Source: Pristiophorus japonicus
Taxonomy: Eukaryota
DNA: 64,000 nucleotides
Reading direction: 5' to 3'
Assembly: GCF_044704955.1 (NCBI RefSeq)
Contig: NC_091995.1
Span: 15,934,001-15,998,000, forward strand
Part shown: in pieces, positions 23,540 through 38,400 of the stretch
How positions within the stretch are numbered: the stretch's first letter is position 1
Layout: every line of letters begins with the position of its first letter
Notes under the pieces: model-generated
Told to the model about the DNA's origin: nothing
Databases searched by the model: none
Seen by the model: the letters and a program-made list of their open reading frames with translations, nothing else
Position numbers and translations under genes: made by a program

Positions 23540-24665
23540 TATAAGAATATAAGAACATAAGAACTAACTGCAGCAGTCGGATATTTGGCCACACGAGCCT
23601 GCACCGTCATCATAGCTGATCTGATCCTGGCCTAAACTCTACTTCGCGATCTCCGTAACCTTGACTCCCTTATCGTTCAAAATTCTGTCTATCTCCACCT
23701 TAAATATTTTCAATGACCCAGCGTCCACAGCTCTCTGGGGTAGAGAATTCCAAAGATTCACGACCCGCTGAGAGAAGAAATTGCTCCTCATCTCTGTTTT
23801 AAATTGGTGACCCCTATTTCTTAAACTGTGCCGCCTAGTTCTAGATTCCTCCAAGAGCGGAAACATCCTCTCACCTCTACCCTATCAATCCCCCTCAGAA
23901 ATGTATACCTTTCAGTGCGATCAAATCTCAGTCTTCTAAACTCCAATGACTCGAGGCCCAAACGATTCAACCCTTCTTCATATGACAACCTGTTCATCTT
24001 CAATGCAAGTATATCATTCCTTAAATAAGGAGATGAAACTGTACGAAGAATTCCACGGGTGACCTTACCAACGCCCTATACAGTTGTTGCAGGACTTCCC
24101 TATATTGATACACAATTCCCCTTGCAACATTCAATTTGCCTTCCTAATTACTTGCTGTATTTGCATGCTAACCTTTTGTGTTTCATGTACAAGAACCACC
24201 AGATCCCCCTGTACCGCAGAATTTTGCAATCTCTCCCAATTTAAATAATGATTTGCTTTTTATTTTTCCTACCAAAGTGCATAACCTCACCTTTTCCAAC
24301 ATTATAGTCCATCTACCAAATATTTTCCCATTCACTTAGCCTATCTATATCCCTTTGTAGGTTCTTCTCGGCCTCCTCACAACATGCTTTTCCACCTATC
24401 TTTGTATCATCAGCAAATTTGACTGCATTACACCCGGTCCCTTTCTCCAAGTCATTAATATAAATTGTGAATGCCTGATCTCTGCGGCATCTGACCAGTA
24501 ACTGTTTGACAATCTGAAAATGGCCCTTTTATCCCAACACTCTGGTTTATGTTAGTTACCCAATCCTCTGTCCACGCTATTATATTATCCCCAATCCGAT
24601 GAGCTCTTATCTTGTGCAGTAACATTTTATGTTGCACCTAATCGACTGCTTTCTGGAAATCCAAA
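23540..24665 (-). mobile_element. CR1 LINE 3' fragment
   Basis: Minus-strand RT fragments (LGLESLEFRRLR, FFSQRVVNLWNSLP) and an aagaacat tail. Confidence 0.85.
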
Positions 24666-26481
24666 CCATCTGGTCCATCAAGCCTGTCCCACATAATTGC
24701 GATACCTTGTATATCACAACATATAATCTTTACCGCACTCGAAACCGTGTGTCTATTGGGAGAGGCAAAAAAATAGATTAAAAACCCAGGCGAAGTTGGG
24801 AAAAATAATCTGGGAAATTACTCTCCGACCCATCTAGACGATTGAAAATCATCCTGGAGTTCACGCTGGCTATCAAATTCCTTGCAGTCACCACCTTCTG
24901 TAAGAGGTTATCGTCACTGCAGTAGAAACATATCCAGTTTTTGCTTGAAGGAATTCAGTGAGTCCACCACATGAAAGGGCAGCTTGTTCAAGAGGTCTAC
25001 TTTCTCTGTGGAAAAAAACACCGCTTGATATCTAACCTAAATCTAGAATTATACAACTTAAAGTTGTGCTCCCTGGTCCTGCTTAACGTAGTTATTTGAA
25101 ATAAACTGTCAGCTGGAACACCGCCTATTCTCTTCATTATCTTATAAAACTCAATAATATTGTCTAATCTGCTCTAAGGGAAAAAACACAATTTTTTAAC
25201 CTATCTTAATAATAAAGATGCTTTAGAACTATGTAAACTAGGCATGTTATAATTGGGAACTTTTCGGTATATTCACAGGTATTATGTCCAGACATTCCCG
25301 CTTGTCCTCTTGGACCGTCCCCACCACCATAGCACACCAGAGAAATCGCCTATAGGTTTGTAAATGAAGGTTTGCGTCGCTTGGGTGGTTCCTCAACTGC
25401 CTTGCAAATGCTACGCTGAAAGCAGGCATCTCCCTTGCGGAACGTCAAGGCCTAGATTTTTGGTTTGTTCACTTTCATAAACTAACATTATACAGCTTTT
25501 ACTCAAATGCGAATGACGATGCTCGCAATCTTTGCTTCTTTTTTTATTATTCATCCAGGGGATGTGGACGTCGCTGGCAAGTCGAGCATTCAACGTCCAA
25601 TCCAAAGGCCTTTGAGAAGGTAGTGGTGATGTGCCGCCTGGAACCGTGACTTCAGTTTTGATTTGTGTATCTGGGTAAGTTGGTCGCTTACATTTCACAA
25701 ATCTTTACTTTAGCCAAGTCGTCACACTTGCAGCAAAGTAATTGCAAACATATCGATATCACAAGTCCAATAGGAGTGGAATTTTATTTTGCATTTTACT
25801 CCAATAGGCAAGTTGGTATGTATCTTGCAGGGCCAAGGATGAAGCAAATGATCACAAAATTAACAAATAGCGTGGATGTCTTGGTATATTGTTAGCAACT
25901 CTATGGGACTCAGTTCCCATTTTGCATGATTTTTCTGGTAAATGCCAGTTTCGAATCCTCCTCTCGGGTTCCTCACGAACATGCTGACACGCTCTTTCGA
26001 CACTGAATATAGTTTCCCCGACAGCATTCTAAAAATTATCTTGTGACAGCACAGCCGGGGGAAGCTGCAACCATCTTATTGTAAATGCGACTCTGAGCTG
26101 GCGAGTTAAAGTAAGTGGATTTGTACAGTTAGATTCTTCAGTAAACGATGGGCCATTTCCAGCAATTCCCTGCATGGTTTTGCAATATTATTATTATGAT
26201 TTTGAACTTACAACACTTTGAGTTCGTGCTTCTCGGGAAAATAGTTTTAAAAAAATGCTCTGGAAAAGTGAATAATCGAACTAATTTAGTTATTTCTGCA
26301 AATCGACGCTTCGTTTAAGATGCGATTTAGCAGTGCATTAATCAGCCCTGAGCTGAGGTGCTGAATCCTAATGAGAACAAAACTGCCTTTAACCTAAAAA
26401 GCATGTTAAGCGGCAATTGTAACTGAACCCGCTCGGGATTCGGTCCATAATGATTTTCATTCGCCATCATCGCAAGCTTCG

Positions 26482-26950
26482 TGTCAGCCTGGTTCAGTGG
26501 GGGGAGGGGGGGGCGGCTCACTCGCCTCTGAGTCAGAAGGTTGTGGGTTCAAATTTCCACTCCAGGAACATGAGCACGTGTAAAAAAATCTGAGTCCACA
26601 CTCCCGATGCAGTGCTGAGGGCGAGCTGCACTGTCATAAGTGCCGTCTTTCGGACGCGACGTTAAACCAAGGCCTCTCTCAGGTGGATGTAACGTATCTC
26701 ATGGCCCTATTTCGAAGTGGATCAGGGGAGTTGTGCCCTGGCCAATATTTATTCTTGAATCAACAGAACAAAAACAGATTATCTGGTCATTAACACGTTG
26801 CTGTTTGTGGGAGCTTGCTGTGCACAATATGGCTGTCGCGTTTCCCACAATACGACACTGATTACGCTGCAAAAGTACCTCATTGCCTGTAAAACGCTTT
26901 GTGATGTCCAGTAGTCGTGAAAGGCTCTTTATAAATCTAAGTCTTTCTTT
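26482..26950 (+). mobile_element. DeuSINE (duplicate of 776-1235)
   Basis: Paralogous copy inside the duplication. Confidence 0.8.
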
Positions 26951-27952
26951 TAAAACAAATCTTCTCTCTGTCTTCAACTCTCTCCATATCCCCAAACGGC
27001 CCCCTTCATGGCCTCTGAACCTCACTGTTTTCCTGTCTCTGATCTGCTGTGCACACACCCTGCTCAACCCAGCAGATTCCCTTGCCCTGCTCCCAGTCTT
27101 AGGAATTTCCTTCTGAAACTATTCTGCCATTTCCAAGGTTATCGCTTCCTTTAAGACTCCTCTTAAAACCTAACTCTGAACATAAGACTGGTCAGCCCGT
27201 TGATCGCTGCGCGTTTGGTTTGGAGCCTAGCTCACAAACTTCCTGTGATGCGCCCTGGGGCATGATTCTACATTAAAGATATCGGGGTGGAAATGGAAGT
27301 GGGCCCCGGGAACATAAAACAATCGGAATTACATTTGCCGACCGTTATCGGACACGCCCACTATTCGGTTATGTTGCATTCAATGGAGCTTAATATCCAG
27401 CCGCGGTTAGAACGAGGTGACCGATTCAATACCGCCTCTTTTCATCTCCGCACATATTCAATTCCACCTCGCTATATAAATATATGTTTTCATTTAATTT
27501 AGCAGAGATAATTCTCATGATAATTTTTTAAGCGTATGATATCAAAAGAATGGAAACATGGCGAATTCTGCATGAGGGCCCTGTAATGTAGGAATAATCT
27601 GGTTCACAGGCGGAAGTTAAGGACAGGCGCGTAATTTGAATGCATTGGTTCTACCTGCAAAAAAGCATTTAGCTTCTCCGCGTATTTACGCTTGTCTTCC
27701 CCCAAACATATGGCGGACTGGGGGAACCCGGCAGAAATCTATTTCCGTATATCTATGACACCTGTACACAGCGGAGCGACCAAATTCGAGATCTATCACT
27801 TGGCAACAACTCGCCTTTTCAGCGTCCGAGCAACGCATCCAAGAAGGTCAACTTGCAGGATTACAGCCGCTTCACTAAAAGCGACAATATAACATCAAAA
27901 TATTGAATGCAACATTATTTTTTTAACTGCGTTCACAGGTAATAATAAAGAA

Positions 27953-27992
27953 ATGCATCCAGATACTATCATCGTTATGTTGCTGACCTCTG
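27953..27992 (+). CDS. NCR3: Gene B leader exon MHPDTIIVMLLTS
   Basis: ATG at 27953, donor G|gtgagt at 27993, phase 1. Confidence 0.75.
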
Positions 27993-28107
27993 GTGAGTTT
28001 TAATTTATTCAATTCACATTCTAATATGCATCGTATTAAACGTGTTCATTTATGCAGTTAGAATCAGTGAATCATGCACGGATTCAGAACAGAAGGAGAC
28101 AGAATAT

Positions 28108-31100
28108 AGGCTGCAACTTGATTGGACAGGTTCGGAGAGTGGGCAAATGCATGGCAGATGCAGTATAATGTAGATAAACTTGAGATTGTCCACTTTGGTG
28201 GCAAAAACAGGAAAGCAGAATATTATTTGTCTGGTGACAGATTAGGGAAATGGGAGGTACAACTAGACCTGGTTATCATGGTACTTCAGTCATTGAAAAT
28301 TGGCATGCAGGTACAGCAGGCGGTGAAGAAGACAAATGGCATGTTGGCCTTCATTGCGAGAGGATTTGAGTACAGGAGCAAGGAGGTCTTACTGCAGTTG
28401 TACAGGGCCTTGGTGAGGCCACGCCTTGAATATTGTGTAAAATTTTGGTCGTCTAATCTGAGGAAGGACATTCTTGCTTTTGAGGAAGTGCAGCGAAGGT
28501 TCACCAGCCTGATTCCCGGGATGGCAGTACTGACATATGAAGAAAGACTGGATCGACTAGGCTTATATTCACTGGAATTTAGAAGAATGAGAGGGGATCT
28601 CATAGAAACATGTAAAATTCTGACTGGATTTGACAGGTTAGATGCAGGAAGAATGTTCCCGATGTTGGGGAAGTCGATAATCAGGGCTCACAGTCTAAGG
28701 ACAAGGGGTAAGTCATTTAGGACTGAGATGAAGTGAAACTGCTTCACTCAAAGAATTATGAACCTGTGGAATTCTCTACCACAGATAGCTGTTGAGGCCA
28801 GTTCGTTAGATATATGCAAAAGGGAATTAGATGTGGCCCTTACGGCTAAAGGGATCAGCGGGTATGGAGAGAAGGCGGGAGTGGGGTACTGAATTTGCTT
28901 GATCAGCCATGATCATATTGAATGGTGGTGCAGGCTCGAAGGCCCGAATGGCCTAAACCTGCAACTATTTTCTATGTTTCTATGTTTCTATGGAATTCAG
29001 CCCATCGTGTCTATCCCAGCTCTTTGAAAGATCTACACAATCAGTCCCATTCGACTGCTCTTATCCCCGTAGCCCTGTAAAATTATTTCTCCTCAAGTAA
29101 TTATCCAATTCTCTTTTGAAAGTTATTATTGAGTCTGCTACTGCTTTTTCAGTTTGTGCATCCCAGACCATAACTAGTCTCCTCTGCTTACCGACCCTTC
29201 TCCCACTCGGAAGAGTTTCACCTTATTTATTCTATCAAAGTCATTTATGATTTTGAACACATCATCTTAACCTTCTCTGCTATAGATAGAAAGAAGAAAA
29301 GTAAAAGTGGATGGCAGAGAAACTCAAGGCAAAATGCAAAACGGGCCACATTACAGCAAAATCCTAAAGGGGCAAACGGCGTTAAAAAGACAAGCCTGAA
29401 GGCTCTGTGCCTCAATGCAACGAGTATTCGGAATAAGGTGGATGAATTATCTGCGCAGCTAGCAGTTAAGGGATATGATGTAATTGGCATCACGGAGACA
29501 TGGCTCCAGGGTGACCAAGGCTGGGAACTCAACATCCAGGGTTATTCAACATTAAGGAAGGATAGACAGAAATGAAAAGGAGATGGGTTGGTGTTACTGG
29601 CTAAAGAGGCAATTAATGCAATAGTAAGGAAGGATATTAGCTTGGATGATGTGGAATCAGTATGGGTGGAGTTACGGAATACCAAAGGGCAGAAAACGCT
29701 AGTGGGAGTTCTGTACGGACCACCAACAGTAGTAATGAGGATGGGGACAGCATCAAACAAGAATTTAGGGATGCATGCAATGAAGGTACAGCAGTTGTCA
29801 TGAGCGACTTTAATTTACATATTTACTGGGCTAACCAAACTGGTGGCAACGCGGTGGAGGAAGATTTCGTGGAGTGTATAAGGGGTGGTGTTCGAGACCA
29901 ATATGTCGAGGAACCAACTAGAGGGCTGGCCATCCTAGAATGGGTGATGTGTAATGAGAAAGGACTAATTAACAATCTTGTTGTGCGAGGCCCCTTGGGG
30001 AAAAGTGACCATAATATGGTAGAATTCTTTATTAAGATGGAGAGTGGCACAGTTAATTCAGAGACGAGGGCCCTGAACCTCTGAAAAGGTAACTTTGATG
30101 CTATGAGACATGAATGTGCTAGAATAGACTGACGAGTGATACTTAAAGGGTTGACGGTGGATAGGCAATGTCAAACATTTAAAGATCACATGGATGAACT
30201 TCAACAATTGTACATCCCTGTCTGGAGTAAAAATAAAACGGCGAAGATGGCTCAACCGTGGCTAACAAAGGAAATTAAGGGTAGTGTTAAATCTAAGGAA
30301 GAGGCATATAAATTGGCCAGAAAAAACAGCAAACCTGGGAGAATTTTGTAACACAGCAGAGGAGGACAAAGGGTTAATTAGGAGTGGGAAAATAGAGTAT
30401 GAGAGGAAGCTTGCTGAGAACATAAAAACTGACTGCAAAATCTTCTATAGATAAGTGAAGAGAAAAAGATTAGTGAAAACAAACGCCGGTCCCTTGCAGA
30501 CAAATTCAGGTGAATTTATAATGGGGAACAAAGAAATGGCGGATGTGGTGTATTTGGACTTTCAAAAGGCTTTTGACAAGGTCCCATGCAAGAGATTGTT
30601 GTGCAACATCAAAGCACATGGTATTGGAGGTAATGTACTGACGTGGATACAGAACTGGTTGGCAGACAGGAAGCAGAGAGTCGGGATAAACGATCCTTTT
30701 CAGAATGGCAGGCAGTGACTCGTGGAGTACTGCAGGGCTCAGTGCTGGGACCCAAGCTCTTTACAATATACATCAATGATTTGGATGAAAGAATTGAGTG
30801 TAATATCTGTAAGTTTGCAGATGACACTAAACTGGGTGGCGGTGTGAGCTGTGAGGAGGATGCTGAAAGGCTGCAGGGTGATTTAGACAGGTTAGGTGAG
30901 TGGGCAAATGCATGGCAGCTGCAGTATAATGTGGATAAATGTGAGGTTATCCACTTTGGGGGCAAAAACACGAAGGCAGAATATTATATCAATGGGGGCA
31001 GATTAGGAAAGGGGGAGATGCAATGAGACCTGGGTGTCATGGTACATCAGTCATTGAAAGTTGGCATGCAGGTACAGCAGCTGGTGAAGAAGGCAAATGG

Positions 31101-31737
31101 TATGTTGGTGTTCATAGCTAGGGGATTTGAGTAAAGGAGCAGGGACACCTTACTGCAGTTGTACAGGGCCTTGGTGAGGCCTTACCTAGAATATTGTGTT
31201 CAGTTTTGATCTCCTAATCTGAGGAAGGACGTTCTTGCTATTGAGGGCGTGCAGCAAAGGTTCACCAGAATGATTCCCGGGATGGCGGGACTGTCATATG
31301 AGGAGAGACTGGATCAACTGGGCCTTTATACACTGGAGTTTCGAAGGATGAGAAGGGATCTCAAAGAAACTTACAAGATTCTGACGGGACTGGACAGGTT
31401 AGATGCGGGAAGAATGTTACCAATGATGGGGATGTCCAGAACCAGGGGACACAGTCTTAGGATAAGGGGTGGGCCATTTAGAGCTCAGATGAGGAGAAAC
31501 TTCTTCATGCAGAGAGTTGTTAACCTGTGTAATTCCCTACTGCAGAGAGTTGTTGATGCCAGTTCATTGGATATATTCAAGAGATATGGCCCTTACGGCC
31601 AAAGGGATCAAGGGGTATGGAGAAAAACCAGGAAGGGTTTAGTGAGGGAATGATCAGCCATGTTCTTATTGAATGGTGGTGCTGGCGCGAAGGGCCGAAT
31701 GGCTTACTCCTGCACTATTTTCTATGTTTCTATGTTT
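28108..31737 (+). mobile_element. CR1 LINE pair (duplicates of 2405-3290 and 3590-6037)
   Basis: Same broken APE/RT ORFs and TTTCTATG tails. Confidence 0.9.
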
Positions 31738-34700
31738 CAACCCAACTGCTGGTTTAGATGTGCCAGGGGAATGGGCAACACATTGGCAAATGGCTTACAT
31801 CTTAGATAAATGTAGTTTCATGCAGTGAACACAAATATCATTTGCGGGGTCCATTATCCCCCCGAGGGTAGTATACTACCCATATAACCAGGTACAGAGA
31901 AGAGATACAACAAATATTCCTATCTAAAGCACCTCAGCTCCTTAGATAGGCTCAAGAGCCTTGGTCTCTTTATATTAAAGCTGCACCAACATAGTGCGAC
32001 CTGATGGAAGTCCAGAAAATAATTTAAGAGCTTTACAGCGTTCTTATTGATAAATTATTCCAGTTTGCAGATTGGAAAATAGCAGAGGGCACCAGTTTAA
32101 GCTATGTAAGTGTAGGAAAAGACTGGATGTTAGGCGGTTCTTCTTTTCCCAGAGAACTATTAGTATCTGGAATACATTGCCGACTTGTGTTTGGGTGCTG
32201 ATTCTGCATCGCAGAAGAGGGAGCTGGAATGTTTCCTGACTGGGTCAGCGGACGCACCATATAGAATGCAAATGTCCTGATAAGGAACACTTGGTCCATG
32301 TGATTACCTGGAAACGTTTTGATTGCCTGACCGGGTCAGCGACTAAATTTACAGGGTACTTTCCCCCTTATACATGGTGTGTTAAGTTTCATCTGATTGC
32401 TGATTGGTCCGCTTGAAGGATAAGACACGCCCACCATTTTTTCTTTGCACAGTGCAACTCGACCCATTCTGACTGCCAACTCCAGTGCTCACTCTCACGC
32501 GTTAAAACGTTCTCCCACCCCCAAAGAACTTGCTGCCCCAAACCCCCCACTGCACAAGTTCCTGAACTGCTCCAACCAGCTCAATTATCTGATATAATCC
32601 CCCCAAATATCTGAACACCTGCCCTCACCAATGCTCCTGACCACCTCACCCCCCCCCCATCCCAAGTGCCTCACATTCCCTCCCCCCCAAATTTCTTGCT
32701 TTGCCTCGCCCCGCCCATGTTCCTGACTTCCTCCCACCGCCCACGTTCCTGATCTCCAGCCCCTTGCGGAATTAACGGAACTTCTTGCTTCTTCCCGCAC
32801 CACCGCCAGGTCCTGACCTTCTCCCGCTGCCTAAATTCCTTCCCCACAGATTGATAATCTTTTCCCCCCCAGCAATTTCCTGATCTCCTCTACCCAACCC
32901 CGCCTTAGACGTGGCATTGTGTGTGGGTCACGAATTGCGAAAAGGTTTATTGGGTATGAAGTAAATAGTTACAGTGTCCTGACTTCTGGATTTCATCCAA
33001 TCCAATAATGTCACTTTCCACGCAAGCACCGAGCTTTCAGTGAAATTTGCCAGGTGTAGGGGGAGGAGAGGGCGAACGTGGTGCGGGTGTAAAGGGGATG
33101 GGACAGAGAGAACATGGTGCGGTTGTAAAGGGGATAGGGCTGCAAGAACGAGATTCGCCTTTGCATTTGGATCGCGCCCTCGCTCTCGACATCCCCCCAC
33201 GCCCCCCCCACCCCGCATTATACTCTTCATGCGCTCCCCCACCTCCTCCCTTCCATATCTCGCTTTCTGCCTCCCCCTTTTTCTGTGCCTCCTCGCGGTC
33301 TGTCACTCAGACCCTCCCTCTCCACTCTCTCACTTTCTTCCATTTCTCTCACTGTGCCCCATTTTCTCCCTCTCTTTCTCTGCTGAGCTCTCTCTCTCTC
33401 TCTGCCCGCACTCTATCTCTCTGCCTAACTCGCGCTCTCTGACTCTCTCTCTCTCTGCCCCACTGTCTCTCACTCTATCTCCCTCTCGTTCTGATTCTCC
33501 CTCTCTCTCTGCCCCAGTCTCTCTCAATATCCCACCTCAGTGCTCTCTCTCCCCCAGTCGCTCTTCCTTCCCGCACTCTCTCTCTCTCCCCAGTCTCTGT
33601 CTTCCTGTCCCCTCTCTGTTTGCCCCGCTTTCGCTGCTCCTCTCTCCCTCCAGCTTCTCTTACTGTACCCTCTCTGCCTCTCTCTTTCTCCCTCTCTCTG
33701 CCCTCCCCTCTCTGGCACACTTCTTCTTTCAGAGCCTCTCCTTCACTGCTTCTGCCTCATTCTCGCTCTCACAGCGCTCCCTCCCTCTGCCCCTCTCTCT
33801 GTGTCCCTCTCTCTTTTTCTACCCCAGTCTCTCTCTCTCCCAAGTTCTCTCTCTCGCTGCCCCACTCTCTCTCCCGAACTCTCTCTCTCCGATCTTGATT
33901 CCCTCTCTCTCTCTCTCAGCAGGCTGCGAAAATCTTCGCGTCCAAAGTTACAGCGATATTTTAGGCAAAAGTCCAGGAGACTCCTTTCGTACAGTTATTG
34001 ATTTGCGAAAGATAACGCAAAAGCCTTAGTCGCAGGTTCAGGTTCGAGCAGCAACTCTAGCCTCGGCACCGTGCTTCTCACCCACTTTCGGCCTCCTTAT
34101 ATATACTACAGCGCATGCGCGACGGGATCGAGCACGCATATACAAAACGGAGCGGTGTCCACCGCGCATGAGGAGAAGGGCACAAATATGCTCGCGCATA
34201 TAATCACTTCAAATATATTTGACTCAAGCCGGCTAAACAGACTTTCACAGCTACGATTTGCTTTCTGTTCCTTAACCAATTTCGTACCCATGCCGTCACC
34301 GTCTCTTTCATCCAATAGGCTTTAATTTTGTTAACAAATCTATTATGTTCTATTTTATCGAACGACCTTTGAAAGTCCCTATACATGACATAAGCCGCAG
34401 TGTTCTCATGTTCAAAGAGATAATGAGAACGCTCCGTGTGGGAAGAGGGAGTTTGTCTTCATTTCTGGGGCCATAAGAGTTATCTTCTGAGATCGGTGTT
34501 AAGGAAAACGGGTTAGGGCGGAATACAGGTCGCTTTTCTCTACTGTTAACTTTCAATATATTTATCCAGAGAATGCTAATGGTAAACCTGGTGCCTAAAG
34601 GGAGAATTTGCCTAATTTACAAAAAACTGACATGCATCAAGCTGTTACTAATTAATCATCAATAGTTGGCTTTTAAATTCTAAAATTGTGGGAGAACTTG

Positions 34701-35260
34701 TTTTCCATTCTATTCCTTGGGTGTCTCTGATGTTAAATTCGCCGCAAGTACCAGATGAGAGTGTAATTGGTTGTTCGCAAGTTATTTCATTGTTCTGATC
34801 CTAAACACATTTTAAATTTGATTTCGGGCTGTGGGCCACGCTAGCAAGATTGGTTTTGTTGTCCATCCTATGTTGCTCTGGGAAAACAATACTCGGCATC
34901 CTCCGTGAACAACTGCAGTCTTTGGTACTGGATGCAAGCATATTGACCCAGCGAGCCTCAAGAAATGGCAATATATAATGCGCGACTTGGAGGGGAACTT
35001 GTAGGTGCTGCTGTTCCACGAAATTGCCGCTCAGTGTTAAAGGCTGCAGGAGAAGAAATTACTGGTATCCCCAATATATTGATAGCAGGAGATTCAACAT
35101 GCCGCTGCAGGTGAGGGGAGATAAGTGGCGCTTCTGTGTTTGATTTCGTCATTACCTGAACTTATGTGGCGCAAATGTTATCTGCCATTTGTCAGATCAG
35201 GTACCTTAAAGCCACGATTCGATTTCTCTAACATGAATGCTTAGCATCTCTGTCTTTCAG

Positions 35261-35608
35261 CTGTTACTATTGCCGACATCCAAGTAACACAAAGCCCAAG
35301 GAATATTGAAGTAACCGAAGGAATGCAGTTTCATCTCTACTGCGTGTTTACAGCATCTGCCATGCCCGCAGTTGCAGCCTACACTTGGTACAAACAAGGA
35401 CCAGGCCATGAAAAAAGTTATGTTAAGAACACGTCTGGAGAGTTTTATGCTCGAGTTTTGGAGCAAGATGTAAAATCGTTTGAAGCAAATAAAAACGCTT
35501 CTATTACAATCATGGGTGCGAAACGGAATGATTCCGGGCTATATTATTGTGAAGTGGATTTATTTGATGGTCGTGACACCGGAAAAGGCACTTTGGTAAG
35601 AGTAAAAG
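35261..35608 (+). CDS. NCR3: Gene B VJ-type Ig V-set domain exon
   Basis: Same splice sites and motifs as the gene A V exon; 4 nt differences in 348. Confidence 0.92.
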
Positions 35609-36309
35609 GTAGGTTTCTGTTGTACTACATATCTCCCTCTGGATATATTCTCTTCAATAAAACGCTAACGACTTTATAACCTCAAATACCGACTCTAGAA
35701 TTTAGCGATAAGAGTAATGAAGGAGAATAGTTAGAAATCTCGAATCTCTGGAAATGAATGCTCAAGGTAGAAAATTCGCTAACTAAGTACATTGCATAAT
35801 AAATGTTCCATCAAAGCGTTCATTTCAATATTGATACTAAATTAAATTGGTGCATATGATTACTTCTTTCATTTATTTGTTCAAGGGATTTGGACGTCGC
35901 TGGCAGGGCCGGCATTTATTGTCCATCCCTAATAGCCTTTGAGAAGGTGGAGGTGAACCGCCTTATTCTTATGTTCCTCATTCTTGAACCGCTGCAGGCC
36001 ATGTGGTGAAGGCACTCCCAGAGTGGTGACTTTGTCGTATCAGTTTATTACAACTGAATGGCTTGCTAGGCCATTTCAGAGGGCAGTTAACCCAAAATGT
36101 TGTCGGTCTGGAGTGACATATAGGCCAGCCTGGGTAAGGTCAACAGAGTTCATTTGTAAGGGGCATTACTGAACCATTTGGGTAATTCCAACAACCCGAT
36201 AGTTTCATGGTAATCATTACAGATGCTACTAGCTTCTTATTTCAAAATGCATTTAATTACCTGAATTTAAATTCCACCAGCTGTCATGGTGGGAGTTGAA
36301 CTCATGTTT

Positions 36310-37290
36310 AAGAACATAAGATCATAAGAAATAGGAGCAGGAATAGACCATACAGCCCCTCGAGCTTGCTCCGCCATTTAGTACGATCATGGCTGATTCG
36401 ATCATGAGCTCACGTTCACTTCCCTGTCCGCTTTCCATAACTCCTTATTCCCTTATCGTTTAAAAAACTGTCTATGTCTGTATTAAATTTATTCAATGTC
36501 CCAGCTTCCACAGCTCTCTGAGGCAGCGAATTCCACAGATTTACAATCCTCTCAGAGAATACATTTCTCATCATCTCAGTTTTAACTGGGCGGCCCCTTA
36601 TTCTAAGATTCTGCTCTCTAGTTCTAGTCTCCCCTATCAGTGGAAACCTCCTCTCTGCATCCACCTTGTCAAGCCCCCACATAGTTTTATACGTTTCGAT
36701 AAGATCACTTCTCGTTCTGAACTCCAATGAGTAAAGGCCCAACCTACTCAACCTTTCCTCATAATTCAACCCCCTCATCTCTGGGATCAACCTTGTGAAC
36801 CTTCTCTGAACTGCCTCCAAAGCAAGTACATCCTTTCATAAATATGGAAACCAAAACTGGCCGCAGTATTCTAGGTGTCGCCTCGTCAATATCCTGTACA
36901 ACTGTAGCAAGAGTTCCCTGCTTTTATACTCTCTTCCCTTTGCAATAAAGGCTAATATTCCATTGGTCTTCCTGATCAATTGCTGTAACTGCATACTAAC
37001 CTTTTGTGTTTCATGCACAAGTACCCCAGGTCTTGCTGTGCTACAACACTTTGCAATCTTTCTCCATTTAAATCATAACTTGCTCTTTGATTTTTCCTGC
37101 CAAAGTGTATGACCTCACACTTTCCAACATTAAACGCCATCTGCCAAATTTTTTGCCCACTCACTTAGCCTGCTATATCCTTTTGCAGATTTTTTGTGTT
37201 CTCCTCACACATTGCTTTTCCTCCCATCTTTGTATCGTCAGCAAACTTGGCTCTGTTACACTCAGTCCCTTCCTCCAAGTCGTAAATATA
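36310..37290 (-). mobile_element. CR1 LINE nested in a family-2 SINE
   Basis: ORFs 36416-36820 and 36836-37018; flanked by atgttt direct repeats; the SINE head resumes at ~37292. Confidence 0.88.
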
Positions 37291-37734
37291 GATGTTTTCT
37301 GGATTACTAGTCCAGTAGCATAATCACCATACATCGATTTAACAGGAACTGAATTCTAATTGAGATTTTGGATTTTTCTGGATAGATTGACTTTAGTGTA
37401 CATTTGTCAAAATGTACCATATTTTGACAATAGTGCTCAACTGCTCTACAGTTAACTTATATCTCCCTGTGTGTTGTTAGGCTACCGAGTTGGACTTCGG
37501 TCTGGCCTGATCATAGGTGACATTTCTGTTTTATTTGACCCAACTATGACTAAATGTACAAATGATTGCAGCAATCAAACAGCCATAAGTTGATACTGAC
37601 AAGCAAAGCTGCATGTGTGCACACGGATCTATATATCCATAAATATATCGGAGCTTCCCTGCATTGGTGTGATTTTGTGCGCTACATAACAGTTACATGC
37701 GGATAAATAGGCACACTTATAGTTGCATGTATAA

Positions 37735-38190
37735 AGAAAAACTTGGTTTATATAAAATCTTTCACGACCAACGGATGTCCCAACGTGCTTTACAGGCAAT
37801 GTAGTACTTTTGGAGTTCAGTCACTGTTGTAATATCGGAGACACGGCAGCCAATTTGCACACAGCAAGCTCCCACAAACTGCAATGTGATAATGATCGAA
37901 TAATCTGTTTCTGTTATGTTGATTGAGGAATAAACATTGGCCAGAACATCAGGGATATCTCCCAGCCTCTTCTTAGAAAGAGTGTCATGGGCTATTTTAT
38001 GTCCAACTGAGAGAGCTGACGGAGGCCTCGGTTTAGCATCTCATCTGAATGACAGCACCTCCGACAGTGCAGCACTCCCTGAGCACTGCACTGGAACGTC
38101 AGCCTGAATTTTTGAGCTCAATTTCCTAGAGTGGGTCTTGAACCTACAACCTCCTAACTCAGAGGGGAGAGTGCTACCACTAAGGCACAG
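37735..38190 (-). mobile_element. DeuSINE (SacSINE1-like)
   Basis: Near full-length reverse copy. Confidence 0.8.
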
Positions 38191-38400
38191 TCGACACACA
38201 TAAACACATATAGATTCTTTAGCATGAACTTGTATCACTAGGCATTGCTAAAGCGGCTCAGAAAATATAATGGATTGAAATAGAAAGTAAATATTTAATT
38301 TGAAAAAAGAAAATTATTTCTCCAATGATCTAAGCGTTTGACGGTCTTTTAATAAATACAGCTAGGACATCACTGATAGTAATCGGTTCATTCTACACAG

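Noticed and set aside
33040-34029. Longest ORF (329 aa) and similar ORFs at 7903, 12245 and 16512
   Set aside because: Products of stop-poor CT/GA low-complexity DNA. The frame is not preserved between duplicate copies.
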